This document shows, piece after piece, positions 11,076 through 21,850 of a DNA stretch of 64,000 bases. Source of the stretch: Polaromonas sp. (GTDB lineage: Bacteria > Pseudomonadota > Gammaproteobacteria > Burkholderiales > Burkholderiaceae_C); NCBI GenBank assembly GCA_031390175.1, contig JANMTF010000195.1, forward strand, positions 12,941-76,940, written 5' to 3'. The stretch's first letter is position 1. The number at the start of each line of letters is the position of its first letter. The translations under genes and the position numbers were made by a program. The notes under the pieces were generated by a model. That model made no database searches. It had not been told where the DNA came from and saw only the letters and a program-made list of their open reading frames with translations.

Positions 11076-12098
11076 TTAGCGCATTTCGCCGTATTGGGTG
11101 GTGCTGAGCACAGGCGCATCCGGGTCTGGCATCTCTGTGTCTTCGTAACCGGTGAGTAGTAGTTTGTTATTGATAGCGGCTAGCGATGCTGCCTTGGCGG
11201 CTGTCGCAGCGGCCAAGGCGGGTGCGTTTGCCATAGCGGCATGCGGTGACGTATAGGCCTGCGTGGTGGCATACGCATTAGCTGAAGCGGGGCTGCCACC
11301 AAGCGGTATGGACATGCCAGGTTGCGAGCCAGAGGCCAGCGCACGCTTGAAGGCTTCTACCTCGGCTTGCTCCAAGGGGTCAGCGCCTGGTTTGTTGCCC
11401 GTTCTGGCGGTTAGGGGTGCCAGGGGTTTAGCTGCAGATGCGGGTGCGGGACGCGCAGCGGATGCCGCGCTGGCGGTAGGCGATGGCCGTGCCATAGGCA
11501 TGGGCTGAGCTACAGGTGCGCGAGCAGGTACGGAAGGGTAAGGCACCTCAGAGAGCGGCGCGGGCCGAGAGTTGGTGTACGAATGGGTGCCAAATAAAGG
11601 TACAGGGGCGCTGCTCGCCGCTATACGCGCCGTTCCATTGGATACGGTCTCGTAAAAACGCCAGTACACGGCTTGCACTACCAGCTCATAACGGTTTTTG
11701 GCCGACTGCGCAATCATCGCTTCTATCTCAGCCAATTTGGCAGTTTCACCTGCAAATTCGGCGGACAAGTCAATCATCACCAAGAAGGTACGGCCACGCT
11801 GGTCGAGTGCCAGAACTTTGAATTTGAATGCCGAAGACAGTACTCCTACACGGACCATCGACTCGCGCACGACTTGAAACAGCAACTCACGGCGGGCATT
11901 ACGCTCAGTGCGGCGCTGCTCCATGCGCTGCGCGGGTGAACCAGCATTAGCGGATGCCGCTCCGCTAGAGGCGGGTCTGGCACCCATCAACGGGCGCGTC
12001 GCGTCCGCCAGTGTGGCATGGATGTCCGATTGCAATGGTCTGGTAGATGGCTGCGCCGTTGGCTCGCTTTTGCCCAATAACCAATTAACTATTCCCAT
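11076..12098 (-). CDS. Hypothetical protein with Ala/Pro-rich C-terminal half
   Basis: 340 aa ORF with normal codon usage and a structured central region (RRELLFQVVRESMVRVGVLSSAFKFKVLALDQRGRTFLVMIDL). I do not recognise a family. Confidence 0.6.
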   Translation of the reverse strand: MGIVNWLLGKSEPTAQPSTRPLQSDIHATLADATRPLMGARPASSGAASANAGSPAQRMEQRRTERNARRELLFQVVRESMVRVGVLSSAFKFKVLALDQRGRTFLVMIDLSAEFAGETAKLAEIEAMIAQSAKNRYELVVQAVYWRFYETVSNGTARIAASSAPVPLFGTHSYTNSRPAPLSEVPYPSVPARAPVAQPMPMARPSPTASAASAARPAPASAAKPLAPLTARTGNKPGADPLEQAEVEAFKRALASGSQPGMSIPLGGSPASANAYATTQAYTSPHAAMANAPALAAATAAKAASLAAINNKLLLTGYEDTEMPDPDAPVLSTTQYGEMR

Positions 12099-12273
12099 GG
12101 CGCGTCCGCTTCCTTATTCATAGACATAGTCAGGGCAAAGAGCGCACCGCTATACCGCATTACAGCCGATCAGGGCATACCAACTTACTGCATTACACAC
12201 GTTCTACATCAATTTTATGACTCTGCGTTCTACCTAAAACGACTAACACGTGCAAAAGGTATACGTTCAGTAA

Positions 12274-12302
12274 CAAAAAAAGCCCCGCAGGGGGCTTTTT
12301 TC
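12274..12302 (-). terminator. Rho-independent terminator downstream of the RRM-protein gene
   Basis: AAAAAAAGCCCCGCAGGGGGCTTTTTTT forms a 6-bp GC stem (AGCCCC/GGGGCT) with a GCAG loop. A and T tracts on both sides make it potentially bidirectional. Confidence 0.8.
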
Positions 12303-12325
12303 ACGAATAGCGTTGTAACGAGGGC

Positions 12326-12835
12326 TTAATAGCCGCCGCGTCCACCACCGCCACCGCCGCCGCCACTGCGACCGCCGCCGCCGTAAGGGCTGCGGAAACC
12401 GCCGCCATCACCGCCGCCACCACCACCAGCGCCGCCGCCGTAGCCGCCACCGCCGCTACGACCACCGCCGCCGCCGCCGTAACCACCACCACCGCCGCCG
12501 CCGCTGCCGCCACCACCGTAGCCGCCACCGCCGCTACGGCCACCGCCGCCACCAAAGCCGCCGCCACCAGTGCGTGGTGGGCGAGCTTCCATGGGACGAG
12601 CTTCGTTAACTACAACGGCGCGGCCGTCGAGTTGTTGGCCGTTCATGCCTTCAACAGCAGCCAAAGCCTCAGCGTCGCTGGACATTTCAACAAAGCCGAA
12701 GCCTTTTGAACGACCAGTGTCACGCTCCATCATCACTTTAGCGCTGGTAACACCGCCAAAAGCCGAGAATGCTTGGTGCAAATCTTCGTCGCGAACAGAA
12801 TATGGCAGATTGCCAACGTACAGTTTATTGCCCAT
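12326..12835 (-). CDS. RRM-type RNA-binding protein with Gly-rich C-terminal tail
   Basis: MGNKLYVGNLPYSVRDEDLHQAFSAFGGVTSAKVMMERDTGRSKGFGFVEM carries the RNP2 and RNP1 motifs. It is followed by a (GGGGY/GGRS)n tail. An AGGAG RBS lies upstream of the 12835 start. Confidence 0.9.
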   Translation of the reverse strand: MGNKLYVGNLPYSVRDEDLHQAFSAFGGVTSAKVMMERDTGRSKGFGFVEMSSDAEALAAVEGMNGQQLDGRAVVVNEARPMEARPPRTGGGGFGGGGGRSGGGGYGGGGSGGGGGGGYGGGGGGRSGGGGYGGGAGGGGGGDGGGFRSPYGGGGRSGGGGGGGGRGGY

Positions 12836-12940
12836 GAATGGGACTCCTATCAATCACAATTAAAAAGCGATGGAGTCCCTGAGCAAACGCATACCTGCAA
12901 GAAACTGACCGATCACCAACTACACCTACAAAAATAGTAA

Positions 12941-13879
12941 ATGGTCTTGCATTATGCGCCAAAATATGCTTTCGTGTCGAACCCCGTACTTACCCTTGAT
13001 CCTATAGTGTCGCCTTTACGCATCGTTTGCCTAGTTCCCAGCATCACCGAGTTGATCGTGGAGTTGGGTTTGGGCGACTATTTGGTGGGCCGCACGGGGT
13101 TTTGCATCCACCCGGCCGCTGTGGTGAAGCACATCCCCAAGGTGGGCGGCACCAAGGCGGTCAATCTGGACAAAATCCGCGCTCTGGCCCCTACCCATGT
13201 GGTGGTGAATGTGGATGAAAACGAAAAAACCATGGTCGACGCCCTGCGCCCATGGGTGGCGCACATCGTGGTCACACACCCCCAGGGGCCATGGGACAAC
13301 ATGGCTTTGATAGACCAGTTATTGGTCGCATTCGTCCACTCACACGCTATCAATTCAGTAGCTGCTCCCGCAATTATCCAAAGGGCTGAAGACTTGAAAG
13401 AGCAAATTTTCCAGCGCGGGACAGCCTTGCAGGCAGGCCAGGCGCACGCCGGGCTCCAAGCACCTCGCCAGCGCGTGCTTTATTTGATTTGGCAAGACCC
13501 CTGGATGACGGTGGCGAGAGACACGTACATCAGCCGCATGCTGGATTTGATCGGCTGGCAAACCTGGCCCAATGTACAGGGCGGAGATGGCATCGCCACG
13601 CCCGGAGCCGGGCGCTACCCCGTGATTCAGGGCGACGAGCCTTGGCTAGAGGGCATTGACCGCGTGCTGTTGTCGTCAGAACCCTACAGTTTTGGCCCAA
13701 CGCATGTGGCCCAGGTGCAAAATTGGTTGCCCCACACTAAAGTGCAATTGGTGGACGGCGAAATGCTCAGTTGGTACGGCAGCCGCGCCGTCCTGGGCTT
13801 GGACTATTTGGCCGCTCTGTCGACTGGCGGCGCCACAGACTTGGGCGCCGACATTGGGCTGGGCACATCGTCAGCGTAG
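12941..13879 (+). CDS. Periplasmic-binding-protein-fold protein (BtuF-like helical-backbone metal/cobalamin receptor family, no signal peptide); start uncertain
   Basis: RIVCLVPSITELIVELGLGDYLVGRTGFCIHP...VGGTKAVNLDKIRALAPTHVVVNVDEN is typical of this family. It contains an in-frame family-1 repeat at 13359-13391. The 3' end overlaps the convergent anti-sigma gene. Confidence 0.65.
   Translation: MVLHYAPKYAFVSNPVLTLDPIVSPLRIVCLVPSITELIVELGLGDYLVGRTGFCIHPAAVVKHIPKVGGTKAVNLDKIRALAPTHVVVNVDENEKTMVDALRPWVAHIVVTHPQGPWDNMALIDQLLVAFVHSHAINSVAAPAIIQRAEDLKEQIFQRGTALQAGQAHAGLQAPRQRVLYLIWQDPWMTVARDTYISRMLDLIGWQTWPNVQGGDGIATPGAGRYPVIQGDEPWLEGIDRVLLSSEPYSFGPTHVAQVQNWLPHTKVQLVDGEMLSWYGSRAVLGLDYLAALSTGGATDLGADIGLGTSSA
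13359..13391 (+). repeat. Family-1 dispersed element copy, inside a CDS
   Basis: TAGCTGCTCCCGCAATTATCCAAAGGGCTGAAG, translated in the host frame as VAAPAIIQRAED. Confidence 0.8.
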
Positions 13880-14064
13880 TTGCGCCACTGGCGCATGGCG
13901 TTGCGCATCGTGAGTATTTGACTTTCAAAACTCGGGCAGGCGTTGCAAATCCACATATGGGTGCGCAAGGCCAGTTTTTCGCCCGTATTCAGATGGCGAT
14001 CCTCCCTGGCCACCACCAAAGCGGCTACTTCTTTACACGAGCGACGAAAAGGATAAGACAACAT
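13804..14064 (-). CDS. Small zinc-finger (zf-HC2-type) anti-sigma factor without TM segment
   Basis: 86 aa. The H-x3-C-x2-C pattern in LRTHMWICNACPSF is present. It lies immediately downstream of the ECF sigma gene. Confidence 0.7.
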   Translation of the reverse strand: MLSYPFRRSCKEVAALVVAREDRHLNTGEKLALRTHMWICNACPSFESQILTMRNAMRQWRNYADDVPSPMSAPKSVAPPVDRAAK

Positions 14065-14122
14065 GGTGGATCACAAAAGTGCTGGCTATGAAAAGGCTGG
14101 TGGGGCGAGAGGGGTCGTGCGC

Positions 14123-14695
14123 TCAATGCTGGGCAGATGCCTTTTGCCCAAACCAGTTGAGCTCCAGGCATTCACGCAGCCGCAGCCGCGCACGGTGCAA
14201 TTGCACGTAGAGGTTAGTAGCGGTGATACCCAGTTCCTTACACACCTCGTCGGCATCCATCTCCAGCCACTCACGCATCAAAAATAAGCGCCCTTGCGCT
14301 GGGGGCAGCTTGCTCACGCAGGCATCCATGACGGTCATAAATTGTTTTTGCCCTAAATCCTGGTCTGGGTTGCCCCAGTTGGCCGGGTGCTCGGCAAAAT
14401 GGCCGTCGGCTTTGAAGCCAATCGCGTCCAGTTCGTCACCTTCCCGGTCGCCTTGCAGGTCGCTGGCGTTCACCTCCCGCAGGTTGGCGCGCAAGGTGTC
14501 AACCACTTTGTGCTTCAAAATGCCCACCAACCAGGTTTTCAGCTGCGACTGCCCGGCAAACGACTGTGGCTTGGCAATGGCCGCCAGAATGGTCTCTGAC
14601 ACCGCATCTTCAGCCCAGGCATCGTTGCGCAGTTGCAGGCGCGCGAAGCGCATCAGGTAGCTGCGCAGATCGGCCACATCGGTTTCAAAACTCAT
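14123..14695 (-). CDS. ECF-family RNA polymerase sigma-70 factor
   Basis: 190 aa with region 2 (AEDAVSETILAAI...LKTWLVGILKHKVVDTLR) and region 4 (MREWLEMDADEVCKELGITATNLYVQLHRARLRLRE). Confidence 0.88.
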   Translation of the reverse strand: MSFETDVADLRSYLMRFARLQLRNDAWAEDAVSETILAAIAKPQSFAGQSQLKTWLVGILKHKVVDTLRANLREVNASDLQGDREGDELDAIGFKADGHFAEHPANWGNPDQDLGQKQFMTVMDACVSKLPPAQGRLFLMREWLEMDADEVCKELGITATNLYVQLHRARLRLRECLELNWFGQKASAQH

Positions 14696-14816
14696 ATTCA
14701 GTATCCGTTATTTGGAGGCCATGCTTTTATCGCACTGATCGCTTGATCAGCACCCTTAGAGTCTATACGTCGCCTGTCGCAGTTTGGATGTGCAAGGCCC
14801 CGCCCCAGCTAAAGCC

Positions 14817-15644
14817 CTACAACTTCAAGTCATACCCAATCGTCATGGGCGCATGGTCAGAAAATTTCTCGGTTTTGTAAATTTCTTCTTCCCGTGCCAG
14901 TGCTGCTATGGTGGGGCTGGCCAGGTGGTAATCCAGCCGCCAACCTACGTTTTTGGCATAGGCTTGGCCACGCTGGCTCCACCATGTGTAACAGGTGTCG
15001 GTGGTACCTGGCTGGAGGCGGCGGTACACGTCTACCAAGCCACCACGCTGCGTCGCGTTGGCTGACTCACAGTCCAGCATCCTGGTGAGCCAGGCCCGCT
15101 CGTCGGGCAAAAAACCGCTGTTTTTTACATTGCCCTTGAAGTTTTTCAAGTCAGCCTCTTTGTGCGCAATGTTAATGTCGCCACATAGCACCAACTCGCG
15201 CTTTTTACCTAATGCAATTATATGTGGGGACATTTTGTCTAAAAATCGGTACTTGGCCGCTTGCCGGTCTTCACCCGACGAGCCGCTGGGAAAGTAGCTG
15301 CTGATGATCGAGAACTTGCGCGTGGGGGTATCAAAGCGCAGCTCCACATACCGGCCTTCGGCATCAAACTCGCCGCCATCAAAGCCAATGATCACCTCGC
15401 TGGGGACATGGCGGGTGTACACGCCCACGCCGCTGTAGCCCTTTTTCTCGGCAAACTGAAAATACCCCTGCATGCCGGCAATTTGCTCAAATTTGCCTGC
15501 AATGTCCACCGCCTGGGCTTTGACCTCTTGCACGCACATACAATCAGGCGCAGACTTTTCTACCCACGCTTCCATCCCTTTAGTGGCGGCCGAGCGGATG
15601 CCGTTGAAGTTCAGGCTGGTGATTTTGAAGAGTGATTTTTTCAT
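14817..15644 (-). CDS. xth: Exodeoxyribonuclease III
   Basis: 275 aa. FKITSLNFNGIRSA...PDCMCVQEVK...GDINIAH...SDHAP are EEP-nuclease motifs. Confidence 0.9.
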   Translation of the reverse strand: MKKSLFKITSLNFNGIRSAATKGMEAWVEKSAPDCMCVQEVKAQAVDIAGKFEQIAGMQGYFQFAEKKGYSGVGVYTRHVPSEVIIGFDGGEFDAEGRYVELRFDTPTRKFSIISSYFPSGSSGEDRQAAKYRFLDKMSPHIIALGKKRELVLCGDINIAHKEADLKNFKGNVKNSGFLPDERAWLTRMLDCESANATQRGGLVDVYRRLQPGTTDTCYTWWSQRGQAYAKNVGWRLDYHLASPTIAALAREEEIYKTEKFSDHAPMTIGYDLKL

Positions 15645-15653
15645 GGACGAGTG

Positions 15654-16358
15654 ATGACATTAAACAAAGTGCGAGTAGATTCCGTGCCAGACAGGTTAGC
15701 CCTTGATTTTGTGCAATTTGCAGTCGAATCAGGCGTGCTGCGCTTTGGCGAATTTACAACTAAAGCCGGTAGATTGTCACCCTATTTTTTCAACGCCGGT
15801 TTGTTTGACGATGGTGCCAAGTTAGGCCGCTTGGCGCAGTTCTATGCGCAGCGCATTATGCAAAGCGGTATCGAGTTTGACATGCTTTTTGGCCCGGCTT
15901 ACAAGGGCATCCCGCTAGCAGCCGCGGTGGCCATCGAGCTGGCGCGCCTGGGCCGCAACGTGCCCTATGCCTACAACCGCAAAGAGGCCAAAGACCATGG
16001 CGAAGGCGGCACCTTGGTAGGCGCACCGGTCAAAGGCCGGGTGCTGATAGTGGACGACGTGATGTCGGCGGGTACCGCCGCGCGCGAGTCGATTGCCATC
16101 ATTACTGCCGCGGGTGCCAAGCCCCACGCGGTCACCATTGCCTTGGACCGACAAGAAAAAGCCACTGAAATCAAAGATGGCCGGGCCCAAGACGTGCCGC
16201 ATAGTGCCGTGCAATACGTCACTAATGTGCTCGGCCTACAGGTTTGTGCGATTGCGAACCTGGCTGATTTATTGCACTATCTACAGTCTAGCGGGGTTAA
16301 TATGGCGCAGCATACTGTGGCTGTGCAGGCCTACCGAGATCGCTACGGTGTTGCCTGA
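15654..16358 (+). CDS. pyrE: Orotate phosphoribosyltransferase
   Basis: VLRFGEFTTKAGRLSPYFFNAGLF...PAYKGIPLAAA...VLIVDDVMSAGTA. ATG at 15654; a GTG at 15651 is an alternative start. Confidence 0.92.
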   Translation: MTLNKVRVDSVPDRLALDFVQFAVESGVLRFGEFTTKAGRLSPYFFNAGLFDDGAKLGRLAQFYAQRIMQSGIEFDMLFGPAYKGIPLAAAVAIELARLGRNVPYAYNRKEAKDHGEGGTLVGAPVKGRVLIVDDVMSAGTAARESIAIITAAGAKPHAVTIALDRQEKATEIKDGRAQDVPHSAVQYVTNVLGLQVCAIANLADLLHYLQSSGVNMAQHTVAVQAYRDRYGVA

Positions 16359-16419
16359 CAACCCCGCGTCACCCTGTTGCGTTACAACCAGCATGAACAC
16401 CGCGCTACACTGGAGTCCC

Positions 16420-17067
16420 ATGAGATTGAGCGTTAAATTATCGTTGTGTGCCGGGCTATGGCTAGCCAGCGCGCTAGCTTGGGGGCAAATTTACACCTGT
16501 ATAGATGCCAAAGGCCGCAAACTCACCTCTGACCGCCCCATCCCAGAATGCGCTGACCGTGAGCAAAAAGAGCTCAACAACAGCGGCACCGTCAAGCGCA
16601 CGGTCAAACCTGCAATGACGGCGGAAGAACAGCGTGTTTTTGACGAAAAAGAAAAGCAAGCTACCGAAGAGCGCCTGCGCCTGAACGAAGAAAAACGCAA
16701 AGACCGCGCCTTGCTCACCCGCTACCCTAGCCGTCCCAGCCATGACAAAGAGCGCTCCGACACACTGGCGCAAGTAGATGACGTGATGAAAGCGGCAACC
16801 AAACGTGTTGGCGAACTGGCGGTGCAACGCAAAGAGATCGATACCGAGCTGGAGTTTTACAAAAAGAACCCTGCCAAAATACCCCTGTCACTCAAGCGCC
16901 AAATCGAAGACAACGATGCCAGCGTGGCGGTGCAAAAACGCTTTATCGTTGACCAGGAGTCGGAGAAAAAGCGCACCAATGCACGCTTTGACGATGAACT
17001 GGTGCGGCTTAAAACGCTGTGGCTGCTTACCGCCACGCCAACAGCAACAGCGGCACCTAAAAAATAA
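16420..17067 (+). CDS. Secreted DUF4124-like protein with a coiled-coil, Lys/Glu-rich body
   Basis: MRLSVKLSLCAGLWLASALAWGQIYTCIDAKGRKLTSDRPIPEC is a signal peptide followed by the (I/V)Y(K/T)C.D..G....SD.P motif. An ATG at 16393 is an alternative start. The upstream part of the 16093 ORF overlaps pyrE. Confidence 0.7.
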   Translation: MRLSVKLSLCAGLWLASALAWGQIYTCIDAKGRKLTSDRPIPECADREQKELNNSGTVKRTVKPAMTAEEQRVFDEKEKQATEERLRLNEEKRKDRALLTRYPSRPSHDKERSDTLAQVDDVMKAATKRVGELAVQRKEIDTELEFYKKNPAKIPLSLKRQIEDNDASVAVQKRFIVDQESEKKRTNARFDDELVRLKTLWLLTATPTATAAPKK

Positions 17068-17074
17068 GCTATTT

Positions 17075-17111
17075 AGGGCTGTAGCCATTTAAAATATTGC
17101 GGGAGCAGCTA
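17075..17111 (-). repeat. Family-1 dispersed element copy (intergenic, between convergent genes)
   Basis: AGGGCTGTAGCCATTTAAAATATTGCGGGAGCAGCTA. Confidence 0.8.
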
Positions 17112-17153
17112 TTTTATCAATAGCGTGTTGTAGACGACATCCGCTCTCCCGCA

Positions 17154-18722
17154 TCAGCCCAACTTGGCTTTCAATAGCGCATTGATCTGTGCCGGATTGC
17201 CTTTGCCATTGCTGGCCTTCATCACCTGTCCTACCAAGGCGTTAAAGGCCTTGTCTTTGCCTGCACGGTACTGCGCAATGTTGTCGGCATTGGCTGCTAG
17301 CACTTCGTCGATGATGGCTTCTAACGCGCCCGTGTCGTTCATTTGCTTGAGGCCTTTGGCCTCGATGATCGCATCCACGTCTTGCGCTGCAGACATGCCA
17401 GCGGGCGTTTGCCACAGAGCATCAAACACTTGCTTGGCGGCATTGTTGGAGATGCTGTTGTCGGTAATGCGCTTGATCAATGCGCCTAGGCGCCCTGGCG
17501 AGACGGGACAGGCAGCGATGTCCAACCCATCGGCATTCAAACGCCTTGACACCTCGCCCATAGTCCAGTTGCTGGCCAGTTTGGCCTGGCCGCTGGCTTT
17601 GGTGCAGCTCTCAAAATAGGCGGCCATGGCCTTGCTTTGCGTTAACTGCGCAGCGTCGTACTCCGGCAGGCCGTAGTCGGCGACAAAGCGCGCCTCCATC
17701 GCGCGGGGCAGCTCGGTCATCTCGGCGCGCACCCGCTCGACCCAATCGCGGCCGATCACCAGGGGCGGCAGGTCAGGGTCAGGGAAGTAGCGGTAGTCGG
17801 CAGCGTCTTCCTTGGTGCGCATGGCGCGTGTCTCACCCGTGTCGGGGTTGAACAGCACGGTGGCCTGCTGGATGGTTTTACCGTCTTCTATTTGCTCAAT
17901 CTGCCAGCGCACTTCATAGTCGATAGCCTGCTGCATGAACTTGAAACTGTTGAGGTTTTTAATCTCGCGGCGCGTGCCAAACTTGTCGCCGGGCTTGCGC
18001 ACCGACACGTTGGCGTCACACCTGAAGCTGCCCTCTTGCATATTGCCGTCGCAAATACCGATCCAGGTGACGATTTTGTGCAGCTCTCTGGCATAGGCGA
18101 CGGCCTCAGCGCTGGAGCGCATGTCGGGCTCGGTGACTATTTCCAGTAGTGGCGTGCCTGCGCGGTTCAAGTCGATGCCGCTTTGGCCCCCGCGAGCTCC
18201 GCTTGCGGCACCTAAGGATGCGTCTTCATGCAGCGACTTGCCAGCGTCTTCTTCCAGGTGGGCGCGAACCAAGCGCACTGATTTTTTGACATCACCGAGA
18301 AAAAACTCCACCGAACCGCCCTGCACAACGGGGATCTCAAACTGGCTGATCTGGTAGCCCTTGGGCAGATCGGGGTAAAAGTAGTTTTTACGCGCAAAAA
18401 TGCTGCGCGGGGCGATGTGCGCACCAATGGCGAGGCCGAACTGGATAGCACGCTCGACCGCGCCCTTGTTCATCACTGGCAGGGTGCCGGGCAAGGCCAG
18501 ATCCACTGCGCACGCTTGGGTATTGGCCTCTGCCCCAAAGGCGGTGGAGGCGCGGCTGAAAATCTTGCTCTGGGTGGAGAGTTGGGAATGGGTCTCAAAG
18601 CCAATGACGACTTCGTAGCCGCGCACCAGGAGGGACGGATCGACCTGGCGGTCGTCTTTGAAATCGGTCGCAGAGGCTGTGAGGGCAGTGGTTGGCTCAG
18701 TGGTTTGGACAGGGGCGTTCAT
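17154..18722 (-). CDS. gatB: Asp/Glu-tRNA(Asn/Gln) amidotransferase subunit B
   Basis: Start at MNAPVQ (18722), 1 nt beyond the gatA stop. [15 protein letters not shown]...[15 protein letters not shown] motifs are present. The first 46 codons of the tracked ORF overlap gatA. Confidence 0.9.
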   Translation of the reverse strand: MNAPVQTTEPTTALTASATDFKDDRQVDPSLLVRGYEVVIGFETHSQLSTQSKIFSRASTAFGAEANTQACAVDLALPGTLPVMNKGAVERAIQFGLAIGAHIAPRSIFARKNYFYPDLPKGYQISQFEIPVVQGGSVEFFLGDVKKSVRLVRAHLEEDAGKSLHEDASLGAASGARGGQSGIDLNRAGTPLLEIVTEPDMRSSAEAVAYARELHKIVTWIGICDGNMQEGSFRCDANVSVRKPGDKFGTRREIKNLNSFKFMQQAIDYEVRWQIEQIEDGKTIQQATVLFNPDTGETRAMRTKEDAADYRYFPDPDLPPLVIGRDWVERVRAEMTELPRAMEARFVADYGLPEYDAAQLTQSKAMAAYFESCTKASGQAKLASNWTMGEVSRRLNADGLDIAACPVSPGRLGALIKRITDNSISNNAAKQVFDALWQTPAGMSAAQDVDAIIEAKGLKQMNDTGALEAIIDEVLAANADNIAQYRAGKDKAFNALVGQVMKASNGKGNPAQINALLKAKLG

Positions 18723-18723
18723 G

Positions 18724-20211
18724 TTAAATGCCCTCCATAAAGGTGGGTGGTTGGCGCGAGTGAAAATCAGTCGCCTGCTGCAAACGGTGCGCCATGCTGA
18801 GCAGCTTGGCTTCTGAAAAGTAGTTACCAATGAGCTGCAGACCCACCGGCATGCCGCCACCTTCTTTGGATGCAGCGAACCCGGCTGGTACGCTCATGCC
18901 AGGCAGGCCGGCCAGCGAGGCGGGCAAAGTGAAAATATCAGCCAGATAGTTGGCGACCGGGTCATCGGATTTTTCACCAATTTTCCACGCCACCGTGGGA
19001 GCCACGGGCCCTGCAATGACGTCACACAGCTTGAAGGCCTGCTGAAAATCATCGGCAATCATGCGACGGATTTTTTGCGCTTGCAGGTAGTACGCGTCGT
19101 AGTAGCCGTGGCTCAGCACGTACGCGCCGATCATGATGCGGCGTTTGACCTCGTCGCCAAAGCCTTCAGCGCGGGTTTTTTGGTACATGTCAGCCAGGTC
19201 GGTGTAGTGCGCTGCGCGGTGGCCAAACTTCACGCCGTCAAACCGGCTCAGGTTGGAGCTGGCCTCGGCGGGCGCGATGATGTAGTACACCGGGATGGAC
19301 AGCTCGGTGCGCGGCAGGCTGATGGGCACGAGTGTGGCACCGAGTTTTTCGTATTCTTTCAAAGCGCCGTCAATGGCGGCGCGCACGTCTTGGCTCAAAC
19401 CATCGCCAAAAAACTCTTTGGGGATGCCGATGCGCAGACCTGCAATGCTATCGTTTAAAGAGCGAGAATAGTCTTCTGCTGGCATGTCCAGCGAGGTCGA
19501 GTCGCGGTCCAGATCGGGGCCGCACATGGCGGTGAGGAGCAATGCGCAGTCTTCGGCGCTGCGCGCCATCGGCCCGGCTTGGTCCAGGCTGGACGCAAAG
19601 GCCACCATGCCGTAGCGCGAGGCGCGGCCATAGGTGGGCTTGATGCCCGTGATGCCGCAAAACGCAGCGGGTTGACGGATCGAGCCCCCCGTGTCGGTGC
19701 CGGTAGCCGCCGCGCACAGGCCTGCTGCCACGGCTGCTGCGCTGCCGCCCGAGGAGCCACCGGGGATGCGTGAGGTATCCCATGGGTTGCGCACGTTGTG
19801 GTACGCAGAGTTTTCATTGCCAGAACCCATCGCAAACTCGTCGCAATTGAGCTTGCCCAGAGTGACCACGCCTTCCGATGCTAATTGACTGACCACCGTG
19901 CTATCGAAGGGTGAGCGATAACCGCTGAGCATCTTGGAGCCTGCGGTGGTGGCGAAGTCTTTGGTGGCAAAAATATCCTTGTGCGCAATCGGTACGCCCA
20001 GCAGGGGCGATGTTTGGCCAGCAGCCAGGCGGGCATCAGCCGCGCGGGCTTGTGCCAAAGTCGCGTCTTCGTCCACGGCTAAAAATGCGCCCAAAGCGCT
20101 GTGCGCCTGGATGCGCACCAGGTAGTGCTGCGCTGCCTCGACAGCGGAGATTTTTTTAGCGGCCAGGTCTTTGGCTAAAGCGGCCACGCTGAGGGTGTGT
20201 AGTGCGGTCAT
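18724..20211 (-). CDS. gatA: Asp/Glu-tRNA(Asn/Gln) amidotransferase subunit A
   Basis: 495 aa with the amidase signature [14 protein letters not shown]...[17 protein letters not shown]. Confidence 0.93.
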   Translation of the reverse strand: MTALHTLSVAALAKDLAAKKISAVEAAQHYLVRIQAHSALGAFLAVDEDATLAQARAADARLAAGQTSPLLGVPIAHKDIFATKDFATTAGSKMLSGYRSPFDSTVVSQLASEGVVTLGKLNCDEFAMGSGNENSAYHNVRNPWDTSRIPGGSSGGSAAAVAAGLCAAATGTDTGGSIRQPAAFCGITGIKPTYGRASRYGMVAFASSLDQAGPMARSAEDCALLLTAMCGPDLDRDSTSLDMPAEDYSRSLNDSIAGLRIGIPKEFFGDGLSQDVRAAIDGALKEYEKLGATLVPISLPRTELSIPVYYIIAPAEASSNLSRFDGVKFGHRAAHYTDLADMYQKTRAEGFGDEVKRRIMIGAYVLSHGYYDAYYLQAQKIRRMIADDFQQAFKLCDVIAGPVAPTVAWKIGEKSDDPVANYLADIFTLPASLAGLPGMSVPAGFAASKEGGGMPVGLQLIGNYFSEAKLLSMAHRLQQATDFHSRQPPTFMEGI

Positions 20212-20220
20212 GGCGGCTCT

Positions 20221-20520
20221 TTACTCGATCACCTTGGGCACCAAAAACAGCCCGCGCTCTACCGACGGGGCGCTTTTTTGGTTGGCTTCGCGCTGGTTCG
20301 GCTCGCTGGCGATGTCCTCGCGCAGGCGCAGGGCCATCTCTTGGATGGCGGCCACTGGGTGAGCCAGAGGCACGATACCCTTGGTATCCACCGCCCGCAT
20401 TTGCTCCACGATATTAAAAAAACCATTGATTTGGCCCAGCATGCGCTGGGATTCTTCGGGCTTGAGCTCTAGCCGCGCCAAGTGGGCGATGCGGTCAATG
20501 TCTTGCGAATTCAGGGACAT
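20221..20520 (-). CDS. gatC: Asp/Glu-tRNA(Asn/Gln) amidotransferase subunit C
   Basis: Internal start gives [46 protein letters not shown], 99 aa. Confidence 0.88.
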   Translation of the reverse strand: MSLNSQDIDRIAHLARLELKPEESQRMLGQINGFFNIVEQMRAVDTKGIVPLAHPVAAIQEMALRLREDIASEPNQREANQKSAPSVERGLFLVPKVIE

Positions 20521-20785
20521 AGGTGTGGGCAGCGTGGTAAAAATTAGCCGGTACGGCTGTGGTCTGGGCTGGCAGGGCTTTGTAAGCTGGTGTTTCTGCA
20601 TCAAAAATATGAGCAAAAACAACAGCCTCAACCAAGTTATGCACAGGGGATGCGGTATTATCCAACCTTTGGTGTATGGGCCCTAAATCAGGGGTAAATT
20701 GCATCAAAAAAACTGATTTAGGACTATTTTAGACAGAAGTACAGCGGTGTGTGACCTTGGCGTGCACCATCCTGGAGAGGATTAG

Positions 20786-21832
<1,047 letters not shown>

Positions 21833-21850
21833 CTCTACGGAATAGCCGCC

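Noticed and set aside
12301-12567. Poly-Ala/Val ORF overlapping the RRM-protein tail
   Set aside because: It is an alternative frame of the GGN-rich Gly tail of the RRM protein.
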